DNA from: Malacoraja senta
Lineage: Eukaryota
Direction: 5' to 3'
DNA length: 60,000 nucleotides
Assembly: GCA_038087875.1 (NCBI GenBank)
Contig: CM075998.1
Coordinates: 1,304,001-1,364,000, forward strand
Shown here: positions 49,801-60,000 of the stretch, in pieces
Position numbering within the stretch: position 1 is the first letter of the stretch
Layout: every line of letters begins with the position of its first letter
Made by a program: the position numbers and the translations under genes
The notes under the pieces: model-generated
Databases searched by the model: none
Seen by the model: the letters and a program-made list of their open reading frames with translations, nothing else
What the model was told of the DNA's origin: nothing

Positions 49801-52800
49801 CTGCAGCTGGCTTCTGGACTTCATGAGCAGCAGACCCGAATCAGTTCCATTTGGTCACAACATTTCCTCTACTGTGACCCTCAACGCTGGCGCCCCCTCA
49901 GCGTTGCACGCTCAGTTCCCTGCTCTTTATTTTCTTTGGCATCTGAGAAGTTTCATCAAATTCATAAGGATTCTCTACGATTTCTACAGATGCACTATAG
50001 AAAGTATTCTGACGGGATGCATCTTAGCCCAATGTGGCAACTACTCTCCTCTGTATGGCCTCAACCTGCAGAGTGTGGTAAACACGGCCGAGTCCATCAC
50101 AGGCTAGCCGCTTCCTTCCGTCCAGTCTATCTTCACAGTGCATTGCGCAGGAAGGCTGGAAGTATCATCAAGGATACCGGTGCCAGTGTGGGCAAGTTGG
50201 GCCAAAGAGCCTGTTTCCACACTTTTTTCGCTTTTAGCTTCTGGGAGAAGATACAGTTGTTTGCAAGGCCAGACATCCAGACTTCAGAACAGCTTCTTCC
50301 CCACAGCTATCAGACTCCTGAACCAATCATGTATAGGAAGGAACTGCAGATGCTGGTTTAAACCGAAGACAGACACAAAATGCTGGTGTAACTCAGGGGG
50401 ACAGGCAGCATCTCTGGAGAGAAGGAATGGGTGACGTTTCGGGTCAAGACCCATCTTCAGACTGAACAATCAGCCTGTCCCACTGAGTTACTCCAGCATT
50501 TTGTGTCTATCTCCTGAACCAATCACCTCTTTCACACACCCTTCCCAGAAGTGCTGCCACATACTCTCGAGTGCTTACACTTTTCTTCAGATTGCACAAC
50601 AATCTTTGCACCATTTTGCACTCATCATTGTAATTACTGTTGAATTTATCATTACCATGTGCACCATTTGCTGCATACAAATAAGGAATTTCATTGCACT
50701 CTGGTGTATAGGACAATAAATTAATCTGAAACAGGACTGAACGAGCGAGGACATAAATAAGCTGGCAGAATGGGCAGGAAAGTGCTAGATGACATTTCAT
50801 GCAGAAAAGTGAAGCGATACATTTTAGTTTCTTTTTTTTTAGAGTTACAACATGGAAACAGACCCTTCAGTCTAACGAGTCCATGCCGGCTATCAATCGC
50901 CTGTTCACACTAGTTTTACATTACTCCACTTTCGCATCCACTCCCTACTCACTAGAAACAATTTTACAGAGGCCAATTAAACTACAAAGCCACACATTTT
51001 AACAGAAAGAATGAAGGAGAGATATATAGGTTAAATGACAGTTGTGAACAGAGAGTCCGATAATATGTTGATTAATTCTGAGAATATTTAGCAATGCCTT
51101 GGGATACTGGATTTCCTAAATAAAGACATCAGGTACAAAAGCAGGAAAATTATCTTGAACCTTTATTACATCACAACTGGAGTTCTATGGTCACATTATA
51201 GGATGGCGGTGAAGAGCCTAAAGACGGTACAGAAAAGATTTATGGAATACAGCTATCAGGTTAGACTGGAAAAGTCGGTGTTGTGCTTGCCAGAGCAAAG
51301 GAGGTTCAGATGAGATTTGATAAAAGGTGTCAAGATCATGGTTGGCTTGGATATTGTGTTATTTAAGAAGAAAGTTATTCTCGTTCACAAAGACTGCGGG
51401 GGATGCAAGAATGTTTCTACTGATGAATGGTTATGAATTGGACCAGTTGCCTTAAAATGATGATGGGAACAGAGCGAATCAGTACTTTCAACAAAAAAGA
51501 TAGACATTTGAGGAAAATGCTTTACAGGGCTATGCAAAGGGGCAGAGGAATGAGTTAAGAATAGGTTGTTCAAGGAGCCAGCATGAACTCAATGGGGCCA
51601 AATGATTTACTTCTGTGCTTTAACATTTCTACAGGTTATTAATTCTTGGGTGTACCATCCTATTGTTCACTTAAGATATTGAATATAAAAATTCAATATT
51701 ATCACCAAATACACAAGACACTCACTTGATAGGATAGGTTTCATCTTTTCTTCTCTTTATTTCATGAGATGGAAGAGCCTCCCAGCCAAATGACAGACTC
51801 CAGTCAAAGTTACCCCGGTTGTGATGTCTTTCATACTGGACTGGTTTGGATACCTCAAAAGTATTGAGATCAATGGTAGTGATGTCGGGGCTGACCACAG
51901 CAGTGTAGTTTTCAGCTATTCTTCCCAGCAAAGGTTCCAACCATCCACTAAAGCACTCACCTAAATATTTGAGAGATTAGAAAACAGCAATTTTAGATAA
52001 AACGATTTTTATCCCTGACAAAACGATTTTTCCTGCTCCCAATCTTTTTCCTCCACAGCCAGGAAACATTATTTGACGCTGCATGCCAAACCATGGACAG
52101 TAAATAAAACAAGTCTATGATGAAGGGTTTTGTTCCGAAACATGAACTCTGTTTCTCCCTCCGCAGATGGTGTAGAACCTACAGAATATTTCCAGCATTT
52201 TCATTTTTGTTTCTGATTTGTCCATCTAGTCTATCTTGCAGGTTTTGTTACCGACAGAAACTATTTGCTCTGTAACCCCAATCAACTGCTTTCCCTCCAT
52301 AGTCTCACTTCCTGAGCAAGTTCCTTGATACAGCTTAATAATTTCTGCCCTCGCAGATAGTTAATTCCTCATTTTCTCCCTCACTTCAGCAACCTCGGTT
52401 AACCCAGACATGTTCCGGTCCTGATTTTGGTTTCTGTGCAGTTCTTTGACATTGCTGAATATGTCGAGAGTTGAATGAAGAACGACCGGTTGATGGCAAT
52501 CTTATTTTACCAATAAACCACACCAGCAGCAGTGACCTAGATTTGAGACTAGAATAGTTTTCTGGCTCAAAACACTTCCTATTGAAAGTGAAATGGATTA
52601 ACGGCCATTTAAAATAGCTCCGATGCCTGTGACGTCAAAGCACACGAAACAGGGGAGTTTTCAGCAATTCTACATTGATAAAGTAACAAGTATCTGTTTC
52701 TAATTCATTTCAGGGCAAAGTGGGTGTGCTATGCTGCCCAAGTTCCTTACCTTTTATTCCTAAACAGTGCTGCTGTTAAAAGTGTGGGATACAATTATCC

Positions 52801-55800
52801 CAAATTACATGAGCTAGGAGGGGGAAACAAATTGCCCCCCCATCAGAATTGGGCTGCAAGCCTGGACATCCGGCACAACCAGGATCAAGCTTAGCCAATA
52901 CACACCAAGTGTCACCACATAGATTGAATGGGCCTCTGTCGCATGAGACGACTGGCCACCTTGGTGAAGTAATGGAGGGCAGCGAGCCAGAACAGATCTG
53001 TACATTACTATAACTCTCTAAGTTCAGAGAAAGGGAGAAGATTTGAGCGACAATAGACACTAAAAGCTGAAGTAACTCAGCGGTACAGGCAGCATCTCTG
53101 GAGATGTGAAGGTGACGTTTCGTGTCGAGAATGTAAATATGTTGGAAGTACCAGAAACATCATCCATTCCTTCTCTCCAGAGATGCTGCCTGTCCCGCTG
53201 AGTTATTCCAGCTTTTTGTGTCTATCTTCAGTTTAAACCAGCATCTGCAGTTCCTTCCTACACAGATTCAGCGGCAAAGTCCGATACTGAATTTATGGAA
53301 CCAAATGCAGTCGCAGGAAGGACATTCCTTAAATCCAAGGCCCTTAGTGTATATATATATTCCACCTTAAACTTGCTGCTTCTCACACTTCAAATCTTTA
53401 CCTTGGCTTCTTCTTTCTTTTGCTAGATTTTGCAACCCAAGTACACAGACTCAACAGCAATTAATTTTCCCCTTGTAACCTTCACATTCTTAGAGGTATC
53501 CTGCAACTGCACCTGGCACAGTACCTTTAGTTAATATTCTAAGTTTATGTACTGGAAATAAAGGCAGGATAGCAGATCCCCATTTATTATTGGCTGTTGC
53601 ACCTACCAGCTGGCACCCACGGATCTATGTCAAAGGTTAGTCACTTCACTTTTACACACAACTGGTAACAAACAGCTGGTAGAGGGCTTAGTGGGGTCCT
53701 TAGGATAGCATCTTTCTATCAACTGCTCACTCAGGATCATATATGTTCTAATCAAGTTCCCACTTACTCTTCTCAACTCCAGCAGATACAAACCCACCCT
53801 ATTCAATGTTTCTTGACAAATCAACCCCCTCCTCATTCCAGATACCCGTTTAATAAACTTTCTCTGAACTACTTCCAACATATCTACATTCTTCATTGAA
53901 GATAGATACAAAATGATGGAGTAACTCAGCAGGACAGACAGCATCTCTGGAGTGAAGGAATGGGTAACGTTTTGGGTTGAGACCCTTCTTCAGAGACCAA
54001 CGTTGTACACAGTATTCCAGATATGCCTCACCATTGTCTTGTATAACTGAAGCACAACCTCCCTACTTTTGCATTCAATTCCCTAGCAATAAATGGCAAC
54101 ATTATGTTAACTTTCCTTGTGACTTACTTACCTGCAGACTATCCTTTTGTGAGTCATGCACTAGGGCACCCTCTGCATATCAGAGCTTTGCAAAGTCTCA
54201 TCACTTTGATAATGTTTTTTGTTTTTAATTTTTTTCCTGCCAAAATGGACAATTTCACATTCCACTCAATATCTGGGCAGATGACCCCGTTTGCATAAAA
54301 ATACTCATTTAACATTAGGAGGGACATACAAATATACTTACAGTGAGCATCAAGAAAAGTTAGCACTTCCCCCGTGGCCTCACTGGCACCCAAGAGCCTT
54401 GCCGTTATTAACCCTTTCCTTTCCACCTGTCGGATGACTTTCACTATCCGGAACTGCTTTACATACTCATCCAGTTGTTCTTTTAAAGCATCTGAAAAAT
54501 CAGAATTCATTTTGTTTCAGTGTTATAACACAGTCGTATTCATTTCACAGCACTGTAATCTACAATATTGACCAATTCTGGGGTGAATTAAAATGAAGAG
54601 TAGCGAGACCATTACAGGTGTACATAGCCACTGTCTAATTCCAAATGTATAATAATGGTCAGACAGAGAGATGAGGGGAAGAATGTTAATTGTCACAATG
54701 TAAGCAAGCAATATGATCTCTTTCAAATTATGTCAAAATGTGGCCAAAAAGTGAGTTGCCATCTCCAACATGGCCTAATGGGTAAAGGAATCACCCATTG
54801 CAGTACCATGCAATACACACCAGGAGTTTCAAAATAGAAATAAATACTCAGCGAGCTACAGAGCGCTGGTGGAAAGAGGAACAGCTAACATTTCAGGTTG
54901 GAGACTCTTCATCAGAACCGAGTAAGAAAGAGAACGCTACATGTTAAGCTACAGTAGGCGGGAGAGGGATGGACAATCTCTGCAATTGTCCTTAGACGAA
55001 AGATCTCCAACTTGAAACGTTAACTGTTTTACTTTTCACTTGCAGCAAGCAAGAATTTCATTGTTCTATCTGGGACACATGACAATAAACTCTCTTGACT
55101 CGACTTTTCACAGTCGCTGCCCGAGTGCTTCCAGCATTCTCTCTTTATTTCAGTTTCTAGCATCTGCAGTTTTTTGATTTTTGTTCCAGATCGAGGCTCT
55201 GCGCTGTTAGCTGACCTTAATCCAACCCACCAAGTTGGCCTCAGCATCTCAGAGTTATTAGAGTGATGGGGGGAAAAAAAAGTACAATTCCTTAATCATT
55301 CAACAATGATGACGATTTCTGCGTCAGCTTGTCTTGCTCTTTCAGGTGGATGTAAAGAATCATAGTGTCATTTTGAAGACGAGCAGGGGAGTAATCCCAA
55401 ATTTATTAATCCCGATCAATATGTTTCGCTCAACCAACACACTAGAACAAATCGAGACAAAAGAGACTGCAGATGCTGGAATCTTGAGCAACAAAAGCTG
55501 TTGGAGGGACTCAGCGAGTCAGGCAGCATCTGTGGTGGGAAAGTCTGAAGAAGGGTCCTGGCCCAAAACGCTGTCCTTGCAGTCCCTTCCACAGATGCTG
55601 CCTGACCCGCTGAGCTCCTCCAGTGTTTTTTTTACATTGCAGGAAGCTTATCTGGCCATTATCACATTGCTGTTTATGGAACTTGCAACGTGTGAAGTAG
55701 CTGCTGTGTTTACTCAAGGGCCTGTCCCACTTGGGCGTCATTTGCGCGTCATTTACACAACATAATTTACACGTCACGACGCATGCGTCGTGATGCACGC

Positions 55801-58800
55801 ATGGCGCGCAATACGTGCGCATGGCACGGTGTGGAGAGTAAGCAGTGACACGCGGTCACGTCCCAGGATTTGGGGATTCACGAAATCTTCACACATCACC
55901 TGCCCAAGTGGGACAGGCCCTTTATATTATAAATGACCACACACTTTCTTGGATGTAAAATGCTTGCAATGCAGAGGGGAGATGAAAAGTGTTACATAAA
56001 TCTTGAAATGAGGATGTTGGTTTTTTTTTTTCTCCTCCTCAAATTTCCACTACACTCTCTGGGAGCTCACTCTCACGAGGACTGGGCCAATTAACATTTT
56101 CCATGAGTGTAGTACATTCGCATCATCGACTGTACAAGAACATCTCAGTCACAGCAACACATTTCAACCAACCACTGCTGTTTGGATTACGATATTTCCA
56201 ACCCAAATACAGATTTCAACTGGTAAGAGATACCTAATTTGGCAAGAGCGGGAGATATGTGGGGCATTAACTACTCAAAAGCAATCACTTCTCCTCCACT
56301 CCAGAGATCAAAGTGTAGGCTGCCGATCAAGCAGGACTTCAGCTTCATATAAACTCTGAAAGGTGGAAGGAATCTGGCTTTTATTGCTTAAAGTGTGAAA
56401 TTACTCTAGCTTAATTTTTAATGCACACAGACAGATTGGAGACTTTACAGCTGACAAGTAGGACTGGGGTGGTAAATGCGGGTTCACTTCTCCCCTCCGG
56501 CTGTTGTGCAACCTTTGTTCTTTATCTACAGCCGATAGAGTGCGAAGCCCACTGTGAACAGGTTGTCGTTTAACTCTTGACACTGGATTAGTATTTTTTG
56601 CAAAATGCATACCGTTGAGCATTTTATCTGTACTCAAACAAAATCCATCTCAAAACCCTGTGGAGACTTTCCATCCATTGCTCGAGTGGATAGGTTTACA
56701 ACAGAGAAGGGAAGATGCTCACAGTTCGTGTGTATGGAGCTTGCGGGGGCAGGGAGGCATAAATGAGGCAACAGGACATGCATAGAACAAGTTTAAAGCA
56801 GAGCTTTCCAGCACTCATTCGTTGTGATGACGAACTCCCACACTGTGGCCACAATTATGCCCCCACTGCCAGCAGCCATGTGACACATGTTATGCATAGA
56901 GATGATGACAAATAGAAGAACACGTCCACTTTTTGCAGCTGTGATCAGTAACGGGAACTTGGGAGTGGGTGGGGGAGGGAGTGAAAGAAGCGAAAAAAGC
57001 CTTCTGACCCAAAATGCGTCTTTTGATCAGTCTCTCAAGTATTCCCTTGTATGAAGAGTGAAAATGTGGAGCATTGCATGCAGTTCTTGTCACCCCATTG
57101 TACGAAGGATGTGGATATTTTGGAAAGGATGCAAAGGAGGTTTACCAGAATTATTCCAGTCTGATGAAGGGTCTCGACCTGAAACGTCACCTATTCCTTT
57201 TCTCCAGACCTGCTGCCTGACCCGCTGAGTTACTCCAGCATTTTGTGTTTATCAGAATGATACCTACGTTAGTGGATATTGGCTACAGGGAAAGGTTGGA
57301 CAGACTTGGTTTTCTCTGGAATACCAGAAGTTGCAGGAGAGACCTGATAGAAGTAAATAAAATTATGAGAGGCATAACGTAGACGGTCAGATCTTTTTCT
57401 CCCGGGATGGAAAACAAAATCAAATACTATCATAGCCTTAGGGTGAGAGGGGCAAAGTTTAAACGAGATGTGGCAAGTTTTATTTAAAAAAACACTTTGG
57501 GTGGTGAGTGCCTGGAGCGGGCTGCTGGAGGTGGTGGTGGTTGATACAGATACAATGGTGGCATTTAAGAGACTCTTGATAAGCTCGTGGAAATGGGTGC
57601 AGGCAGAGAAGAGTTGGTTTAGGCATCATTGTCGGCACAGACACTGTGGGCCGAAGGGCCCGATCCTGTGCTGCAGCATTCCACGTTCTTCGAGAGCCGG
57701 AAAACATTTGGGGAGAAGGAATAAGGAAAAGAGGCAGGCTACATTTTAAGATTTTAAATGGAATAGGGGACCAGATGTGTGGGTCATTGAGAAGAAGAGA
57801 ACTGAAGCAGCTACAGCCATGAAACAAGCAATCCCCTTGGGTTTCATAAGCAAAAGCGTATAACATCCAAACACGAACAACGGGTGAAGACGCACCAGCC
57901 CATCCCATACGTCCTGCACGACCTCAGACAACCTGCAGCTTCGGACTTTCCATTACAGGAAGGTTATAAATGCAATGGAATATATTGCAATGCAGATTCA
58001 CTTGGATTTTACAGAGATGATAGGTTAAGTTCACAAAAGACTTGATAAATTTGGACTACCCACTCCCTTAACTGAAGCCATGAAAGCTGAGAGAAAGCCG
58101 ATAAGATCATCTGACAATAGCCAGAGGACGATTGGTGGGATGGTCCCAGTTTGGATTGCTCAAACCTACTCCATTTAACAACCGACTCTTGGAGGAAACA
58201 GCTAGTGCCATGGTCAGATAAGGGGCTTTCAATGTCTGCTTATATTTTAGTCACGAGATTTATTATTGACCAGAAATTCACCAACTTTAAGATTAACATG
58301 TTTTTAAAATAAAATCCCGTATTCCGATTTCAAACACAAGTTACTAAAAACTCACCATCTGTGCTGGCATCATCCACTAATAGAATTTCTTTTAGCAGTA
58401 TGGCTGGGGATGTATGCATCACACTGTACACAGTTCTCAGCAAGGTAGACCAGGCCTCATTGTGGAACACTATAATCACACTGGTTGAAGGTAGAGGAGG
58501 GCAACGCTTGAATCTTTGTTCAATACACCTGCACAAAGCAATCCAAAGAGAGTTTGAGAGATCCTAGCTTATAGAATGCTTTAATAAGTATGACATTGCT
58601 CCATATACGGAGTGTGCTGCGTGGATTGAAGAAAACATTTGCCTCTTGCTTCAAGCTGGGACAGATTGAGGAGTGCATGAAGTTGAAAACAAGCAGAAAA
58701 AAGTATTTCCCAGAAGAAAGGGAAAAAATCTGGGCTCGTCCACCAGAGGTTTCCACTTGTCAGCCAAGCTGATAGAATTGACCCTTTGAGGGTCCTACAC

Positions 58801-59904
58801 GAGAAGAACTTGGGTAATTTAGACCTGGACTTTAGACTTCAGAGATACAGCGTGAAAACAGGCCCTTCAGCCCACGCCAACCAGTGGTCACCCCGTACAC
58901 TAGCACTATCCTACACACCAAGGACGATTTACAGAAGCCAATTAACCCACAAACCTGTACATCTTTGGAGTGTAGGAGGAAACCAGAGCATCCTGAGAAA
59001 GCCCACGCGATCACAGGGAGAACGTCCAAACTCCGTAGTCAGGTTCGAGCCCTGGTGTCTGGCACTGTAAGGCGGTAACGCTACCGTTGCACTACTGTGC
59101 ACCCTGGTTCCTTGGTCAGAATGAGTCAACAGCAGTAATCTATTCCTACTTGACAGTGAAATGGAAATTGTAGTCAGGGGCTCCACAGCGAGTTGGTACA
59201 GGATTTTATATTAAAGGATACTTTGAGATAATAGGCCATATAGATGGACTTTGTGTACCCTGCTTAAAAGTTGAAACTGGTTCCTGAATTTGGGAAAGTT
59301 TCCATTTCCCAACATCAGTTATCTGAACAATACCGAGCACAAACTTATAACCAAATAACATCCTCCCTCCTACACACAGAAATTCTTGACAAAAGAAATG
59401 CAAAATATCCTACTCTGGAGGTCGTGTGTCTGGTCCAAGGCTCCTGTGCAAAGAGATGCGGTCACTGGCATAGGCATTGAAGCAATGTTTCTCAAAACCA
59501 CGCTCTTTCTCCTTCTGCTGTTCGGGGGAGAGATTGTCCGTATGAAAAGCCTTTGCATCAGCACCAGGGGCATTGGGATCTTCAGGAGGCCAGGGAAGAA
59601 AGGTCTTCAATTCCGCTGCAGTGTAGAATCCTGGCAAACAATTCTTGGTGTTATCAACAACCTCTTGGCCTCGATCTGGAGCAATGATCTGAAACTTAGG
59701 CATCGAGTCCCGGATATTATTCACCGCTCCAAACATAATTCCCAGCATTCTATCTTTCCTGCCTGACAAGTCCTTAAACCAAGATTCATCCTCTGGGCTC
59801 TGCTTGACAACATCTCTTTGGAGTATAAATACAAATATCATAAATATTACACTGACCAGAGCAAGTTTCACTGGACCAAAGCGTTTCCTAAAAAATAGTC
59901 TCAT
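34701..59904 (-). CDS. GALNT6: Polypeptide N-acetylgalactosaminyltransferase 6, multi-exon gene span (one internal exon not found)
   Basis: Exons 59414-59904, 58356-58528, 54342-54491, 51726-51960, [missing], 41345-41545, 40727-40858, 39698-39799, 35739-35891, 34701-34811, all with GT-AG sites and matching phases. Type II TM N-terminus, [12 protein letters not shown], DxH motif (FLDAHCEC), GHVFR, C-terminal ricin-type lectin. N-terminus ([28 protein letters not shown]) and adjacency to CELA1 favour GALNT6 over GALNT3. Confidence 0.93.
35739..35891 (-). CDS. GALNT6: GALNT6 coding exon 9 (lectin beta repeat)
   Basis: [51 protein letters not shown]; 153 bp; CAG|..|GTAAGT. Confidence 0.93.
36581..37333 (+). 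mobile_element. Rex1/Babar- or L2-type LINE 3' fragment
   Basis: [16 protein letters not shown]...FKFLGVHI...[13 protein letters not shown]...HPGH...LPSGRRYRS; tail tgacaataaactctcttgacttga. Confidence 0.88.
37890..39630 (+). mobile_element. Rex1/L2-type LINE fragment split by a GC-rich insertion (38355-39209)
   Basis: ttcacagacaacaccaccattgtggg...aagcacaccaacgcctctacttc resumes at accaacctcccttc...; tail acaataaactaaact. Confidence 0.8.
38355..39209 (+). mobile_element. CpG-rich non-autonomous retroelement
   Basis: Starts ATGGCGG; ends ccttccatcacag...tgacaataaa(tattg)n; cleanly interrupts a LINE fragment. Confidence 0.7.
39698..39799 (-). CDS. GALNT6: GALNT6 coding exon 8 (lectin alpha repeat)
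   Basis: [34 protein letters not shown]; 102 bp. Confidence 0.94.
40727..40858 (-). CDS. GALNT6: GALNT6 coding exon 7
   Basis: [44 protein letters not shown]; 132 bp; GT-AG. Confidence 0.93.
41345..41545 (-). CDS. GALNT6: GALNT6 coding exon 6
   Basis: [31 protein letters not shown]...[15 protein letters not shown]...MARE; 201 bp; starts phase 0. Confidence 0.95.
44381..44580. other. Assembly gap (200 N)
   Basis: Run of N. Confidence 1.
44625..45585 (+). mobile_element. Degenerate CR1 LINE
   Basis: [45 protein letters not shown]; ttctatgttct tail. Confidence 0.85.
45731..46192 (+). mobile_element. CR1 LINE 3' fragment, same subfamily as 15764-16451
   Basis: Near-identical to ~15980-16445; a further 3' piece lies at ~4344-4485. 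Confidence 0.9.
46894..46952. repeat. 30-bp tandem duplication
   Basis: aacctctacccttaacatttat(t/c)caaata repeated twice. Confidence 0.85.
49585..50330 (+). mobile_element. Degenerate Rex1/L2-type LINE
   Basis: [14 protein letters not shown]...[13 protein letters not shown]...SGRRYS...[15 protein letters not shown]. Confidence 0.8.
50433..50460 (-). ncRNA. Minimal type I hammerhead ribozyme core (candidate)
   Basis: CTGAAGA-T-GGGT(CTTG)ACCC-GAAAC-GTC. Confidence 0.55.
51726..51960 (-). CDS. GALNT6: GALNT6 coding exon 4
   Basis: [26 protein letters not shown]...[13 protein letters not shown]...DETYPI; 235 bp; ends phase 2. Confidence 0.95.
54342..54491 (-). CDS. GALNT6: GALNT6 coding exon 3 (DxH motif)
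   Basis: [35 protein letters not shown]...FLDAH; 150 bp; GT-AG. Confidence 0.95.
55717..55921. mobile_element. Short MITE, same family
   Basis: TIRs AGGGCCTGTCCCACTTGGGC ... GCCCAAGTGGGACAGGCCCT. Confidence 0.85.
57080..57690 (+). mobile_element. Degenerate CR1 3' fragment with nested Penelope-type repeat (~57155-57252)
   Basis: gatgtggatattttggaaaggatgcaaaggaggtttaccagaat ... gggccgaagggcc; interrupted by ctgatgaagggtctcgacctgaaacgtc element. Confidence 0.75.
57161..57188 (+). ncRNA. Minimal type I hammerhead ribozyme core (candidate)
   Basis: CTGATGA-A-GGGT(CTCG)ACCT-GAAAC-GTC; palindromic ACGT stem III. Confidence 0.55.
58356..58528 (-). CDS. GALNT6: GALNT6 coding exon 2
   Basis: [36 protein letters not shown]...VDDAST; CAG|...|GTGAG; 173 bp. 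Confidence 0.95.
58830..59102 (-). mobile_element. tRNA-derived SINE
   Basis: Same family; gcacagtagtgcaacggtagcgttaccgccttacagtgccagac on minus strand. Confidence 0.75.
59414..59904 (-). CDS. GALNT6: GALNT6 coding exon 1 (cytoplasmic tail, TM, stem)
   Basis: ATG at 59904; [21 protein letters not shown]...SLGPDTRPP; donor GA|GTAGGA; 491 bp. Confidence 0.95.
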
Positions 59905-60000
59905 GATCGCTGGCTAAACGTGACAGGATAATAGCAGTACTGAGATTCCCTTTGGAGTTGGTTGGATTTATTCACAAGGAAGGCGACTCCATTAATTGGT

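Noticed and set aside
34701..59904. GALNT3 as an alternative identity
   Set aside because: N-terminal/stem sequence and linkage to CELA1 fit GALNT6 better; a phylogeny would confirm
1..60000. CRISPR arrays, operons or other prokaryotic systems
   Set aside because: Spliceosomal genes and vertebrate retroelements throughout; the recurring short repeats are dispersed, not regularly spaced with unique spacers

Overview
Vertebrate genomic DNA, AT-rich and repeat-dense. The repeat set (CR1, Rex1/L2-type, RTE, tRNA-derived SINEs, Penelope-type hairpin elements) suggests a cartilaginous fish, probably a skate or ray; this is inference. All genes found are on the minus strand. (1) GALNT6 (CDS 59904->34701): 9 coding exons were reconstructed, and one ~118-bp catalytic-domain exon is missing and probably lies in the 200-N gap at 44381-44580. 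(2) Two tandem 8-exon pancreatic elastase-1 (CELA1-like) genes from a ~13-14 kb duplication. Copy A (13429->4207) is intact at 260 aa. Copy B (31087->22499) carries 3 small indels in exons 6-7, so it is either a pseudogene or has assembly errors. The copies differ at S1-pocket residues (Gly216/Ser189 vs Val216/probable Ala189), and both keep a TATA box and a PTF1-type E-box+TC-box. A relic of a third elastase exon 7 lies upstream of copy A, with a stub of it upstream of copy B. (3) A CpG-rich promoter with a candidate first coding exon (474->383), probably LETMD1. More than ten dispersed Penelope-type repeats carry minimal hammerhead-ribozyme cores (CUGANGA...GAAACGUC), some as head-to-head pairs. 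Exon coordinates were read by hand from splice sites; repeat boundaries are approximate.
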